DNA of 64,000 nucleotides, taken from NCBI GenBank assembly GCA_035636095.1, contig DASPZU010000118.1, positions 1,316-65,315 of the forward strand. Reading direction: 5' to 3'. The notes under the pieces are model-generated. The model did no database searches and was not told the origin of the DNA. It saw nothing but the letters and a program-made list of their open reading frames with translations. Shown one piece after another: positions 16,379 to 26,251 of the stretch. The DNA comes from Thermoanaerobaculia bacterium. Its GTDB lineage: Bacteria; Acidobacteriota; Thermoanaerobaculia; Gp7-AA8. The position numbers were made by a program, and so were the translations under genes. Each line of letters opens with the position of its first letter. Position 1 is the first letter of the stretch.

Positions 16379-17446
16379 GTGAAGCGGAAGATCAAGTCGT
16401 ATCCGCCGCTCTCCTCGTTCGCCACCACCGGCGGTTGAGCCTGCAAGCTGGGTCAGGATGACCTTCACTCCGTGCTGGCGAAACTCCCTTCCACGGAAGG
16501 GCTGGGGGATCTTCTGGTCGGTTACGGCACCAACGACGACGCCGCAGTGCTGCGCATCAACGGCGATCAGGCCATCGCGCAGACTGTCGATTTCTTCACG
16601 CCCATCGTCGACGACCCCTACCTTTTCGGTGCCATAGCGGCTGCCAATTCCGTCTCCGACATCTACGCCATGGGTGCGACACCGATTTTGGGTCTGGCAA
16701 TCGCAGCGTTTCCGACCGACGTACTGCCGCTCGAAGTTCTCGAGCAAATTCTCCGCGGCGGCGCCGACAAAGCGCGCGAAGCGGGATTTCCCGTCGCGGG
16801 CGGGCACACCATCATCGACGACATCCCGAAGTATGGACTGGCAGTCACCGGCGTGGTGTCTGCCGACAAGATCGTCCGCAACTCGACCGCCAGAGCGGGC
16901 GACACTCTCATTCTCACCAAGCCGATCGGCAACGGCATCCTGGTATGCGCCTATCGCGGGTTGAGCAAGCGGACGTTTCGCCGAAGCGAGCCGCCCGATA
17001 TGTCGGAAGCGATCCGCTGGATGACGATGCTGAATCGCGACGCGGCTCGGGTGATGAGCGATGTCGGAGTCAACGCAGCGACTGACATCACCGGCTATGG
17101 TCTGGTCGGACATCTGCTCGAGATGTGTACCGGTTCGAGAGTTGGAGCGGAGATTCACGTTGGGTCTGTGCCGTTGCTCGAAGGAACGCGCGACTACCTC
17201 GCGCGCGGTTTCCGCCCGGAAGGGACGATCCGCAACGCGGAATCATTCAAGTCGCACGTCGGCGTGCAGGTCGACGATTTCGAGTACACATTGATGTGTG
17301 ATGCGCAGACAAGCGGAGGCTTGTTGATATCGGTTCCCGCCCAGAAGCTTGCCGCGATCGAGAAGCGCTTTCGCGAAGGCGGCCTGTTCTATGCAAAGAT
17401 CGGGAAAGTGACGGACCATCCCGGAACCGTGACTTTGCTTCGCTAG
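16379..17446 (+). CDS. selD: selenide, water dikinase (selenophosphate synthetase), selenocysteine-containing; TGA at 16436-16438 read as Sec
   Basis: The downstream portion matches SelD strongly (VDFFTPIVDDPYLFGAIAAANSVSDIYAMGA...). Upstream, in the same frame, GTG(16379)-KRKIKSYPPLSSFATTGG-TGA-ACKLGQDDLHSVL aligns to E. coli SelD [23 protein letters not shown], with the TGA exactly at the catalytic Cys17/Sec position. A small hairpin GGTCA-GGA-TGACC starts 13 nt after the TGA. Confidence 0.8.
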
Positions 17447-17455
17447 GAGACTGCC

Positions 17456-17797
17456 ATGCCCGAAGACCTTCCGTACAACACCTTCCAATCCGATGACGGC
17501 ACGACGTGGATCGAGATTGCCACCGCTCCCAATTCGGACGAGGCGCAATTGATCCAGGGCTTCCTGGAGGCTGAAGACATCGATGCCCAGGTCGAACACG
17601 CCGAGGCCAGCGTTCTCCCCTCAAACATGGGGAGGCTTGGGGATGTGCGGGTGTACGTTCGCGCCGACGATGAAGATCGCGCTCTCCGGCTGCTGCGCCA
17701 GCGTCAGGAGGAGTTCGACAAGCTCGAAGACGACGAGGACACACTGGTGACGGACGAAGGTGTGGCGGAAGTCGACGAGACCGCGGAAAGTGAATGA
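17456..17797 (+). CDS. DUF2007-like small acidic protein
   Basis: 113 aa, highly acidic. N-terminal WIEIATAPNSDEAQLIQGFLEAEDI resembles the DUF2007 fold. Confidence 0.5.
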   Translation: MPEDLPYNTFQSDDGTTWIEIATAPNSDEAQLIQGFLEAEDIDAQVEHAEASVLPSNMGRLGDVRVYVRADDEDRALRLLRQRQEEFDKLEDDEDTLVTDEGVAEVDETAESE

Positions 17798-18366
17798 CGA
17801 CTGAGCCGGAGCCGCCGCGCGAGCGGCATGTTTCCGAACCGGGGCTGCCGGCATGGGTGCCGGCGGTCATCGGCATCGTGCTGGTGGTCATGGCCGGTCT
17901 TGCGGTCTACACCGGCCTGCGATTTCGAAATCCAACTCTGGCGAACGGCATCATCAAGAATCGGCGTCCGCCGCGGATGACCGGTGGCGGGCCGCCCGGT
18001 GAGCCCGAGCCGGGCGCGTCGCTCGTTTTCCCGGAGAATGCACCGACGGCCGGCGGACCGGCTGCTCCTGGCGCGGCCCAATTGTCTGCCCGCCGCGGGA
18101 TGATCACCAGCGTCGTGCCCGAAGACGCGATGGTTTACGTCAACGGCGTCGCCATCGGCGAGGCGCGGCAGTTCAACAATCTCGACAAGGTCTACGACTT
18201 TCCGGCGGAGGGGAGCTACACGGTGCGCATCGTGGCGCCGGGATACCAGGACGCGCAGTTCTTGGTCACGGCCAGCGAGAACGCTCAGCTCGAGATCGCG
18301 CACATCGACGTACGTCTCAGTGCGCCGCGTGCTGCTCCTGCTGCAACTTCTTCGACTCGGCGATGA
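17794..18366 (+). CDS. membrane-anchored PEGA domain protein
   Basis: ATGA overlap with the upstream gene. One TM helix (VPAVIGIVLVVMAGLAVYTGL). C-terminal VYVNGVAIGEA...YTVRIVAPGYQD has a PEGA-like pattern. Confidence 0.55.
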   Translation: MTTEPEPPRERHVSEPGLPAWVPAVIGIVLVVMAGLAVYTGLRFRNPTLANGIIKNRRPPRMTGGGPPGEPEPGASLVFPENAPTAGGPAAPGAAQLSARRGMITSVVPEDAMVYVNGVAIGEARQFNNLDKVYDFPAEGSYTVRIVAPGYQDAQFLVTASENAQLEIAHIDVRLSAPRAAPAATSSTRR

Positions 18367-20413
18367 TCTTCTCCTGAAGGTTGCGCGGCACTTCCTCGTA
18401 ATGTGAGAACTCCATGTGGAAGCTGCCGCGGCCCTGCGTGATCGATCGCAGCGTCGAGCCGTAAGTCAGCATCTCGGCCAGCGGGACGCGCGCGTGCAGC
18501 GTTTGCACGTCCTCTTCGGCGTCGACGCCTTCCATTCTGCCGCGACGCGAATTCAGATCGCCCATCAGATCGCCGACGTACTCGGTCGGCGCGCTGATGT
18601 CGACTCTCATGATCGGCTCGAGCAGCGTCGGCTTGGCCTGCTCCATTCCCTGCTGAAACGCGAGCGAGCCTGCGATCTTGAACGCCAGCTCCGACGAGTC
18701 GACGTCGTGATACTGACCGTCGATCAGTCGCACCCGGAAATCGACGACCGGATATCCTGCCAGGAACCCCTTGCGCCGCGCATCCTGAATCCCCTTCTCG
18801 ACGGCCGGGATGTACTGACGCGGGATCGAGCCGCCGAAAATCTCGTCGACGAATTCGAAATCCGCTCCGCGCGGCAGCGGCTCCATCTTGATCTTGCAGT
18901 CGGCGAACTGACCGTGACCTCCCGACTGCTTCTTGTGGCGGCCGTGCGCATCGGCGAGCCTGGTGATGGTCTCGCGATACGGAACTTTCGGCGGATGGAG
19001 AATGACGTCGACGCCGTATTTCTTCTTCAGCTTCGAAACGACGATCTCGACGTGCAGTTGTCCCTGCCCGCTGAGCAGGAACTCCTTGGTCTGCTCGTCG
19101 CGGTGGAAGCGGATGGTCGGGTCCTCTTCCATGATGCGCTGCAGGGCTGCCCCGATTTTGTCTTCGTCGCCCCGCGCTTTGCCTTCGATCGCGAAGGAAA
19201 TCGCCGCCTCCGGATAGACAACATGCTCGATGACGATCTGATGGTCCTTGGCGGCCAGCGTCTCACCGGTGTGCACATCTTTGAGCTTCGCGACCGCGCC
19301 GATGTCGCCCGCGCGCAGCTCCGGCACCGGAACCTGCTGCTTACCCTGAAGAAGCTGCAGTTTTCCAATGCGCTCTTCGTGATCCTTGGTGGTGTTCCAG
19401 TAGGACGTGTCGGACTTGAGTGTGCCCGAGTAAATGCGGAAGACCGACACGCGTCCCGAGAACGGATCCGAGAAGGTCTTGAACACCAACGCTGCCGGAA
19501 ATGCCTCGGCGCGTCGCTCGAAGGTGATCTTCTCGCCTTTGGCATTCTTGCCGTCGATGGTCTTCACTTCGTCGGGCGACGGCAACAAAGCGACGAAGGC
19601 ATCGAGAATCGGATGCCCCGCCATGTTGTGCGACGCCGAGTCGAGCAGGACCGGGAAGATCTGATGATGCAAGATCTCGCGTTTGAGTCCGTCGATCAAC
19701 TCTTCCTGCGAGAGTCCGCCCTGGTCGAAGAAGCGCTCCATGAGCGTGTCGTCGCCTTCGGCAACCTTCTCGATGAGGGCCTCGCGGGCCTCGTCCGCTT
19801 CGCTCTTCTGATCGGCGGGGATGTCGATCGTTTCAAACTTGCCTGATCCGTCGGTCGCGTACCGGTAGCCCTTCATGGCCACCAGATCGATGACGCCCTT
19901 GAAATCCTTTTCTTCTCCCATCGGAAGCTGGATCGGAACGACGTTCTTGCCGAACTTCTTCTGCAGCGCCTCCAGCGACCGGGAAAACGAGGCCCGCTCG
20001 CGGTCCATCTTGTTGATGATCAACAGCCGCGGCAGCTCGAACTCATCGGCGAATTTCCACATTTTCTCGGTCGTCACTTCCACGCCTGTAACGCCGCTGA
20101 CCACCACCGCCGCCGCGTCGGCGACGCGCATGGCGGCCTTCGCCTCCATCAGGAAGATGCCGAAACCGGGGGTATCGAGCAGGTTGATCTTGACGTTTTT
20201 CCACTCCACGTAGCCAATGGCGGCCGAGATCGAGTGCTTCCGCTCGATTTCGTCCTGGTCGAAGTCGGTGGTGGTCGTGCCGTCCTCGATGCGGCCCTGG
20301 CGGGTGGTTGCGCCGGCGTTGAACAGGAGCTGGGAGACCAGGGTGGTTTTGCCGGTGTCGTTATGGCCCACGACGGCAACGTTTCGGATCTCGGAACTGG
20401 AATAGACCTTCAT
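18317..20413 (-). CDS. fusA: elongation factor G family GTPase (EF-G paralog)
   Basis: Start MKVYSSSEIRNVAVVGHNDTGKTTL, then DTPGF, NKMD and full EF-G domain architecture (699 aa). The ORF upstream of that Met is spurious. Confidence 0.9.
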   Translation of the reverse strand: MKVYSSSEIRNVAVVGHNDTGKTTLVSQLLFNAGATTRQGRIEDGTTTTDFDQDEIERKHSISAAIGYVEWKNVKINLLDTPGFGIFLMEAKAAMRVADAAAVVVSGVTGVEVTTEKMWKFADEFELPRLLIINKMDRERASFSRSLEALQKKFGKNVVPIQLPMGEEKDFKGVIDLVAMKGYRYATDGSGKFETIDIPADQKSEADEAREALIEKVAEGDDTLMERFFDQGGLSQEELIDGLKREILHHQIFPVLLDSASHNMAGHPILDAFVALLPSPDEVKTIDGKNAKGEKITFERRAEAFPAALVFKTFSDPFSGRVSVFRIYSGTLKSDTSYWNTTKDHEERIGKLQLLQGKQQVPVPELRAGDIGAVAKLKDVHTGETLAAKDHQIVIEHVVYPEAAISFAIEGKARGDEDKIGAALQRIMEEDPTIRFHRDEQTKEFLLSGQGQLHVEIVVSKLKKKYGVDVILHPPKVPYRETITRLADAHGRHKKQSGGHGQFADCKIKMEPLPRGADFEFVDEIFGGSIPRQYIPAVEKGIQDARRKGFLAGYPVVDFRVRLIDGQYHDVDSSELAFKIAGSLAFQQGMEQAKPTLLEPIMRVDISAPTEYVGDLMGDLNSRRGRMEGVDAEEDVQTLHARVPLAEMLTYGSTLRSITQGRGSFHMEFSHYEEVPRNLQEKIIAESKKLQQEQHAAH

Positions 20414-20507
20414 ATTGGATGTCCTCGCATGGGGGGTGTCGAAATGGGACGTAGATGATAAATTAAAGTTGGGTACGAGGTGTGGCACAGGCACTCCTGC
20501 CTCTGCC

Positions 20508-20529
20508 GCGCAGACATGGGTGTCTGCGC
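20508..20529. promoter_or_regulatory. perfect 9-bp inverted repeat GCGCAGACA-tggg-TGTCTGCGC in the divergent fusA-paralog / kinase intergenic region
   Basis: Palindrome within the ~200-bp divergent promoter region, next to the AT-rich stretch at 20440-20480. Candidate operator. Confidence 0.4.
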
Positions 20530-20615
20530 ACATTCCGTATTTTTTGCAGGAGTTATCATTGACGGCCTATGGGTCTCCCCTTGAAACGGGGCCGCAAAAT
20601 AGCGGAGAGCGAACG

Positions 20616-22646
20616 GTGAAGCTCGCTCGTTACGAGATTGTGCGCGAGCTCGGCAAGGGCGCCATGGGGGTGGTTTACCTAGCGAAAGACCCGCTCATCG
20701 GCCGGCTGGTGGCGCTCAAGACCATCCGCATCCGGCCGGGAGATGACGACGAGACCAAAGAGTTTCAGCAGCGATTCGTGCGTGAAGCGCAGGCGGCCGG
20801 GATTCTGAATCATCCGGCCATCGTGACGGTGCACGACATCGGTCAGGATGACGCCAGCGGCACGTCCTTCATCGCGATGGAGTTTGTCGAGGGGCAGAAT
20901 CTGAAGGAGATCCTGGCGCAGGGCCGCCCGCTGAGCTTCGACGAAATCGGCGACATCATCGCCCAGGTCGCCGACGCCCTCGACTTCGCGCACGCAAAAG
21001 GCATCGTGCATCGCGACGTGAAGCCTGCAAACATCATCCTGGTGGAAGGCAATCGCGCCAAGATCACCGACTTCGGCATCGCCAAGATCGCCTCGGGCGG
21101 AAATCTCACCACCACCGGACAATTTCTCGGAACGCCAAACTACATGGCCCCCGAGCAGATTCGCGGCGCGCCCGTTGACGGCCGCACCGACATCTTTTCC
21201 CTCGGCATCTGTCTCTACGAATGTCTGACGCGGCGTAAACCGTTCGGCGGCGATTCGCTCACGTCGATCTCGTACAAAATCGTTCACGAGCCTTTCCCGC
21301 CCCTGCACGAAATCAATCCCCAGATTCCCGACGGTTTCGACGAGGTGGTCGCCTTTTCTCTCGCCAAAGATCCGGCCAAGAGGTATCAGCGAGGCCGTGA
21401 GTTTGCCAGCGCCCTGCGCGCGGTCGTGCGCGGCGAACGCCCGCTCAAACAGTACGAGCCGATGCTGGAAGAGCCGACCATGATCACGCGCGAGCATGAC
21501 CGGATTCCGACCATCGAGATTCCGTTTCCGCAGGCGAGTCTGGCAAGCGAGAATCCGCGTCCGGCTTTGAGGGGCAATCCCCACGGCACGGTGGCAGCTG
21601 CCGCGGCCGCCGGCGCGCCCTCTGTCGTTCCTGCCGCTCCCGCGCTGCCCAAGCCGGTCTCAATGCCGCGACGTCGTCCGGCGGAGATGATGCGAAAAAC
21701 GCTCGACGGCGTTCGAGCGATGCCGCTGTGGCGGACTCCAATCGCGCCGGCGATCTTCTTTTCCATCGCAGGCGTCCTGGTCCTCGGGCTCCTCATCGCG
21801 GTCGCGGTGATCCGCGCCAGACGGCCGGCGATTCCGGTCGCCGACACGGCGTGGGGAGCGAGAATCGCGCGCCAGAAACAACTGCGGCTGCAGGGCAATC
21901 AGCTCCTGCATCAGGGTCGCGTGAACGATGCCTTCGACAAGTTCGATCAGCTCGCCAAAATCGCGCCGCAGTCTCCGTACGTCGCCTCGCTGCTCTCCAA
22001 GCTCACCGAGATCATGAAGCGGGAGGAAAGCTCCAAGCAGCAGTCCGTACTGGCGAAAGCGCGATTCGACGAAGGCATGGTCTTCTTCAACAACCGCCAG
22101 TTCCCGGAAGCGGTCAAGGCCTTCGAAGACGCATTCCATCTGAATCCGAATTCTGAGGACGCCGCAAACTATCTGAAGCTGGCGCAGCAGGAAGCTGATA
22201 ATGAAGAGCGATCAAAAGCAGCGCAGCGGCTGACGCAACAGCAGGCAACGACAACGCAACCCGTCGCGACGACTACGCGCGGGCGGACGCAAACGAAACC
22301 GGTGCTGCGTCCGGTGGCCGGACCGGCACAGATGACGGTCTCCATGAACAGCTCCGTGGCCGACGGCTACATCATGGTCAAGGTCGGCGGCGAAGTGGTG
22401 GCGCACGAGAATCTGTGGATGGAGACCGGACGGTTTCTGCTGAAACGCAAAGTTCCGCGCGAGGTCAGCGCCACCAGGGAAATCACGCCCAAGACCGCCG
22501 ATGTCGAAATCTGGGTCGTCATTCCATCCCTCTCGATTCAGGAGCATCACACGATCCAGCGCCAGAACTTCGCGCCCGGTGTTGCGCACCGCCTAACGGT
22601 CACGTTCAACGCGCAGAGCAGGACATTCAACTATCAGATGAATTGA
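20616..22646 (+). CDS. Ser/Thr protein kinase with TM segment and C-terminal TPR-like region
   Basis: GTG start (VKLARYEIVRELGKGAMGVVY). HRDVKPANI and DFGIA kinase motifs. A TM helix near residue 390, then TPR-like helices. Confidence 0.8.
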   Translation: MKLARYEIVRELGKGAMGVVYLAKDPLIGRLVALKTIRIRPGDDDETKEFQQRFVREAQAAGILNHPAIVTVHDIGQDDASGTSFIAMEFVEGQNLKEILAQGRPLSFDEIGDIIAQVADALDFAHAKGIVHRDVKPANIILVEGNRAKITDFGIAKIASGGNLTTTGQFLGTPNYMAPEQIRGAPVDGRTDIFSLGICLYECLTRRKPFGGDSLTSISYKIVHEPFPPLHEINPQIPDGFDEVVAFSLAKDPAKRYQRGREFASALRAVVRGERPLKQYEPMLEEPTMITREHDRIPTIEIPFPQASLASENPRPALRGNPHGTVAAAAAAGAPSVVPAAPALPKPVSMPRRRPAEMMRKTLDGVRAMPLWRTPIAPAIFFSIAGVLVLGLLIAVAVIRARRPAIPVADTAWGARIARQKQLRLQGNQLLHQGRVNDAFDKFDQLAKIAPQSPYVASLLSKLTEIMKREESSKQQSVLAKARFDEGMVFFNNRQFPEAVKAFEDAFHLNPNSEDAANYLKLAQQEADNEERSKAAQRLTQQQATTTQPVATTTRGRTQTKPVLRPVAGPAQMTVSMNSSVADGYIMVKVGGEVVAHENLWMETGRFLLKRKVPREVSATREITPKTADVEIWVVIPSLSIQEHHTIQRQNFAPGVAHRLTVTFNAQSRTFNYQMN

Positions 22647-22666
22647 ACGGCCAGGACCATTTCGTC

Positions 22667-23566
22667 ATGGTTCGTCGCGATGAGCTGTGGGTGCGCGGCT
22701 CCCTGGCGGAATCGCGCTCGAGCCAGGGGCAGGCCATCGCGCGCGGGCGCAGGATCGTGGCCAGCGACAAAATCGACGACGGCGCACTGCTGGACAAACT
22801 GAATCACGATTGCGATGCGGAGATGGATCGCCTGCGCCGCGCCACCGAATCGTTGAGGGATGCTCGTGTTCGGGGCATCGTCACTGCCACCGCCGCTGAC
22901 GTCGAGTCGACCATTACCATCACACTCGACGGAGTCTCCGTCGTCACGACTCCCGACGATGCCGCGGCCGATTACGACGCGCTGCGGCGCCTCCTCCGCC
23001 CCCCTACCGCTCCACCCCCCTCCCGCCCCCTGCCCATCGTGTGGCGCAACGGCTCGGCGGCGGTGCTGCTGCACGAGGCCATCGGCCACGCCGCGGAGCA
23101 TGCCCATTCCGCGCTGGAGTGGCCGGGGTGGCTTCGCGCGCGCGACGTTGCGCGCGATGGGCGCGTGGCAAACCTCCTCGACGGCCAGTCGCCCGCTGCG
23201 CTGCGCCGCGAATCGTTCCGCGACCTGCCCCTCCGCCGGATGACCAATCTGCATTTCGAGCAGATGGGCGCCCCCTTCCAGCTACCATCCGAACGCATCG
23301 AAGTCTTCCTCGTCAGCGGGGGCACTTACGAGCCGCTGTCGGAATCGGTCTCGATCGATGTGGCGGTCGCGGATCGTGTCAGCGGAAAAAAGTCGGACAG
23401 AATATCGCCATTTACTATACATGGATTACGTATACATATTTCGCGGGCACTCACCGGCGCGACCGGCGATCCGATCCGCTATCCCGGCGTGATCTGTTCG
23501 CGGGAGGGGCAGGAACTGTATGTCGCCTCCCACGCACCGGTCATGGTGACGGCGGCGCTGCGGTGA
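22667..23566 (+). CDS. compact TldD/PmbA-family metallopeptidase-like protein
   Basis: AVLLHEAIGHAAEH matches the TldD HExxxGH motif. The C-terminus GVICSREGQELYVASHAPVMV resembles the TldD C-terminal Cys/Gly motif. Start set at the in-frame ATG after the kinase stop. Confidence 0.55.
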   Translation: MVRRDELWVRGSLAESRSSQGQAIARGRRIVASDKIDDGALLDKLNHDCDAEMDRLRRATESLRDARVRGIVTATAADVESTITITLDGVSVVTTPDDAAADYDALRRLLRPPTAPPPSRPLPIVWRNGSAAVLLHEAIGHAAEHAHSALEWPGWLRARDVARDGRVANLLDGQSPAALRRESFRDLPLRRMTNLHFEQMGAPFQLPSERIEVFLVSGGTYEPLSESVSIDVAVADRVSGKKSDRISPFTIHGLRIHISRALTGATGDPIRYPGVICSREGQELYVASHAPVMVTAALR

Positions 23567-24375
23567 GCGAGCTCTATCGAAAGTGGGGAAGGTCGGTGCG
23601 GCGGGAGGGCCAGCATCTGTTGTTCGTCGACGAGGCAGGCGAAGCCACCGAATCCCACGGCATCTTTCGCACCCGGGCCCTCGGCGATGCCCTCGATCTC
23701 GCCGATCCTGACTCCAAGCGCGTCGAGGCTGCCGCCGCCGAGATCGAATCGATGGTCGAGCGTCCGCTCATGATCGAGCGGCTGTTCGTCAATGAAGGCG
23801 TGGTGGCGCATCAATTCGGCGAAGTGCGCTGGCGCGAGAACATTCGCCGGGTGCATCTCTCCATTGCCCGACCGCCCTTGCGCGCGATCTTCGATTTCGC
23901 CGAATTTCGATTCGACGCCTTGCGACGCGTGCTCCCCGCTCTGATGCGCGCCGGAAAAGAACGCAAGCCCGCCAGGAGAATTCGCGTTGCCGAGCATGTC
24001 GGCGCGGCGCTCCTGCCGCTGACGGCCATTGCCAAGCTGCAATCGACTGCCCCGCACGACGGCAAGGGCGAACCCATTCGCGAGCAGCTGGCCGAGCATG
24101 AGCCGCCCAATTGGTTTCGGCCGAGCTACCGCGTGCGTCCGCGCAAAGCGTGGTTTCATCTGCGCGTTGCACCGTTTGGCGCCATCGACGAAGACGTCCC
24201 GGAAGCGGTGGCCCTCCTGGCGCCGGTCTCGCGACGCGAGATTCGCGCTCTGTGCGTCGATGGTGGGGCCGCTTACCCCGTCACGCTGCCGCTGCGTCCG
24301 ATCATCGCTGCCTGGCCGACCGCGACGTGGTACCCGTTCGGGGCCGGTGCGTTCGGCGCGGAACTCATGCTTTAG
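23563..24375 (+). CDS. hypothetical protein (possible degenerate TldE/PmbA-like partner), GTGA-coupled to upstream gene
   Basis: GTG start overlapping the upstream stop. No HExxH motif. Weak FVNEGVV motif. Confidence 0.4.
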   Translation: MSELYRKWGRSVRREGQHLLFVDEAGEATESHGIFRTRALGDALDLADPDSKRVEAAAAEIESMVERPLMIERLFVNEGVVAHQFGEVRWRENIRRVHLSIARPPLRAIFDFAEFRFDALRRVLPALMRAGKERKPARRIRVAEHVGAALLPLTAIAKLQSTAPHDGKGEPIREQLAEHEPPNWFRPSYRVRPRKAWFHLRVAPFGAIDEDVPEAVALLAPVSRREIRALCVDGGAAYPVTLPLRPIIAAWPTATWYPFGAGAFGAELML

Positions 24376-24387
24376 AATCGGATTGCG

Positions 24388-24654
24388 ATGCCGACCAACA
24401 TCAAACAGATCGAGTTCCTGGCGCGGGCCATCGTCAATCGCCTCGAGGACCGCGGGCTGGTCGAATTCGGCGACGCCGAGATCGGTATCCAGATCGTGAC
24501 CCGCTCGCTGGAGGACAACTTCCAGGCCTACGACTCGATCGAGACGGAGGCGCGCGGGCGTCTGGCCAGGACCATCGGCGATCGCGAGCCGTCCGAGATC
24601 GAGCTGGCCGACGAGATGCAGCGCGTGGCCACGGAACGGAATTTCGTCCTGTGA
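24388..24654 (+). CDS. DUF507-like small protein
   Basis: 88 aa, [27 protein letters not shown] pattern. Confidence 0.45.
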   Translation: MPTNIKQIEFLARAIVNRLEDRGLVEFGDAEIGIQIVTRSLEDNFQAYDSIETEARGRLARTIGDREPSEIELADEMQRVATERNFVL

Positions 24655-26165
24655 ATCTCGACGAACTCGAACGCCGCAAAAAAGAGAGCGAGCTGGGCGG
24701 AGGCGAGGCGCGCATCCAGCGTCAGCACAGCGAAGGCAAGCTGACCGCGCGCGAGCGCGTCTCGCTGCTGTTCGATCCCGGATCGTTTCAGGAGCTCGAT
24801 CAGCTGGTGGTCCATCGCAACACCGATTTCGGGATGGAGAAGCAGCGCGTTCCCGGCGACGGCGTGGTGGCCGGCTACGGGACTGTTCAGGGAAGACTGG
24901 TGTACGCCTTCGCGCAGGACTTCACAGTCTTCGGCGGATCGCTCTCCGAAACGCACGCCGCCAAGATCGTGAAGATCATGGACCTGGCCATGAAGAACGG
25001 CGCGCCCATCATCGGCCTCAACGACTCCGGCGGTGCGCGCATCCAGGAAGGCGTGGTATCGCTGGGCGGCTACGCCGACATTTTTCTGCGCAACACGCTG
25101 GCCAGCGGCGTCATCCCGCAGATCTCCGCCATCATGGGACCGTGCGCCGGCGGCGCCGTTTACTCGCCCGCCATCACCGACTTCATTTTGATGGTGAAGC
25201 GCACCAGCTACATGTTCGTCACCGGTCCGGACGTGATCAAGACCGTAACGCACGAGGAAGTCACCAAGGAAAAGTTAGGCGGCGCGGAGACGCACAATCA
25301 GATCTCCGGCGTCGCACACTTCGCAGCCGATTCCGATGAAGACTGCCTGGCCACCATCCGCGAGCTGCTGTCGTTCATCCCGTCGAACAATCTCGACGAT
25401 CCGCCCCGCATCGCGAACGCCGACGACATCAATCGCGTCGACGCCCGGCTCGACAACTTCATCCCGGAGAATCCCAATCAGCCTTACGAGATCCGCGATC
25501 TGATCAAGACCATCGCCGACGAAGGGCACTTTCTGGAGGTGCATCAGCATTTCGCCCGCAATCTGGTGGTCGGATTCATCCGGCTCAACGGATCGCCGGT
25601 GGGGGTGGTCGCGAATCAGCCTGCCTTTCTGGCGGGTGTGCTCGATATCAACGCGTCGCGCAAGGGCGCGCGGTTCGTCCGCTTCTGCGATGCCTTCAAC
25701 ATCCCACTGCTGGTGGTCGAGGATGTGCCGGGATTTCTCCCCGGGACGGACCAGGAATACGGCGGCATCATCGTGCAGGGCGCGAAGCTGCTCTACGCGC
25801 TGGCGGAAGCGACCGTGCCGAAGATCACGGTGATCACGCGGAAGGCGTACGGCGGCGCGTACTGCGTGATGAACTCCAAGCACATTCGCGCCGACATGAA
25901 CTTCGCGTACCCGACCGCCGAGATCGCGGTCATGGGCGCGGAGGGGGCGGTCAATATTCTCTATCGCGGGTCGTACGATCGCGATCAGAAGATCGCCGAG
26001 TACAGGGAGAAGTTCGCGAATCCGTACATCGCTGCCGAGCGGGGATATATCGACGAGATCATCGAGCCGCGATTCACGCGGCGCAAAGTGATCACCGCCT
26101 TCGCAATGCTGCGCAACAAGCGGGACAAGAATCCGCCCAAGAAGCACGGCAACATCCCGCTGTAA
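24651..26165 (+). CDS. acyl-CoA carboxylase carboxyltransferase beta subunit (propionyl-CoA carboxylase beta / methylmalonyl-CoA carboxyltransferase family)
   Basis: GTG start overlapping the previous stop. Long similarity to PccB ([22 protein letters not shown], ...). Confidence 0.85.
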   Translation: MNLDELERRKKESELGGGEARIQRQHSEGKLTARERVSLLFDPGSFQELDQLVVHRNTDFGMEKQRVPGDGVVAGYGTVQGRLVYAFAQDFTVFGGSLSETHAAKIVKIMDLAMKNGAPIIGLNDSGGARIQEGVVSLGGYADIFLRNTLASGVIPQISAIMGPCAGGAVYSPAITDFILMVKRTSYMFVTGPDVIKTVTHEEVTKEKLGGAETHNQISGVAHFAADSDEDCLATIRELLSFIPSNNLDDPPRIANADDINRVDARLDNFIPENPNQPYEIRDLIKTIADEGHFLEVHQHFARNLVVGFIRLNGSPVGVVANQPAFLAGVLDINASRKGARFVRFCDAFNIPLLVVEDVPGFLPGTDQEYGGIIVQGAKLLYALAEATVPKITVITRKAYGGAYCVMNSKHIRADMNFAYPTAEIAVMGAEGAVNILYRGSYDRDQKIAEYREKFANPYIAAERGYIDEIIEPRFTRRKVITAFAMLRNKRDKNPPKKHGNIPL

Positions 26166-26251
26166 CTGTCTGTTGACTGTCTTGTAACACGGTCATATAT
26201 TGCGCGCGGCACAGCAGGCCAACTCAAAAACGAGGTTCACAGGGGGCGAAG

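Noticed and set aside
18317-20533. Longer 738-aa version of the EF-G paralog starting MCADTHVCAA
   Set aside because: EF-G homology begins at MKVYSSSEIRNVAVVGH (20413). The upstream 40 codons lie in the AT-rich divergent promoter and lack homology.
22415-22666. Upstream extension of the TldD-like ORF overlapping the kinase 3' end
   Set aside because: It overlaps the kinase coding region in another frame. The first Met after the kinase stop (22667) gives a sensible start.
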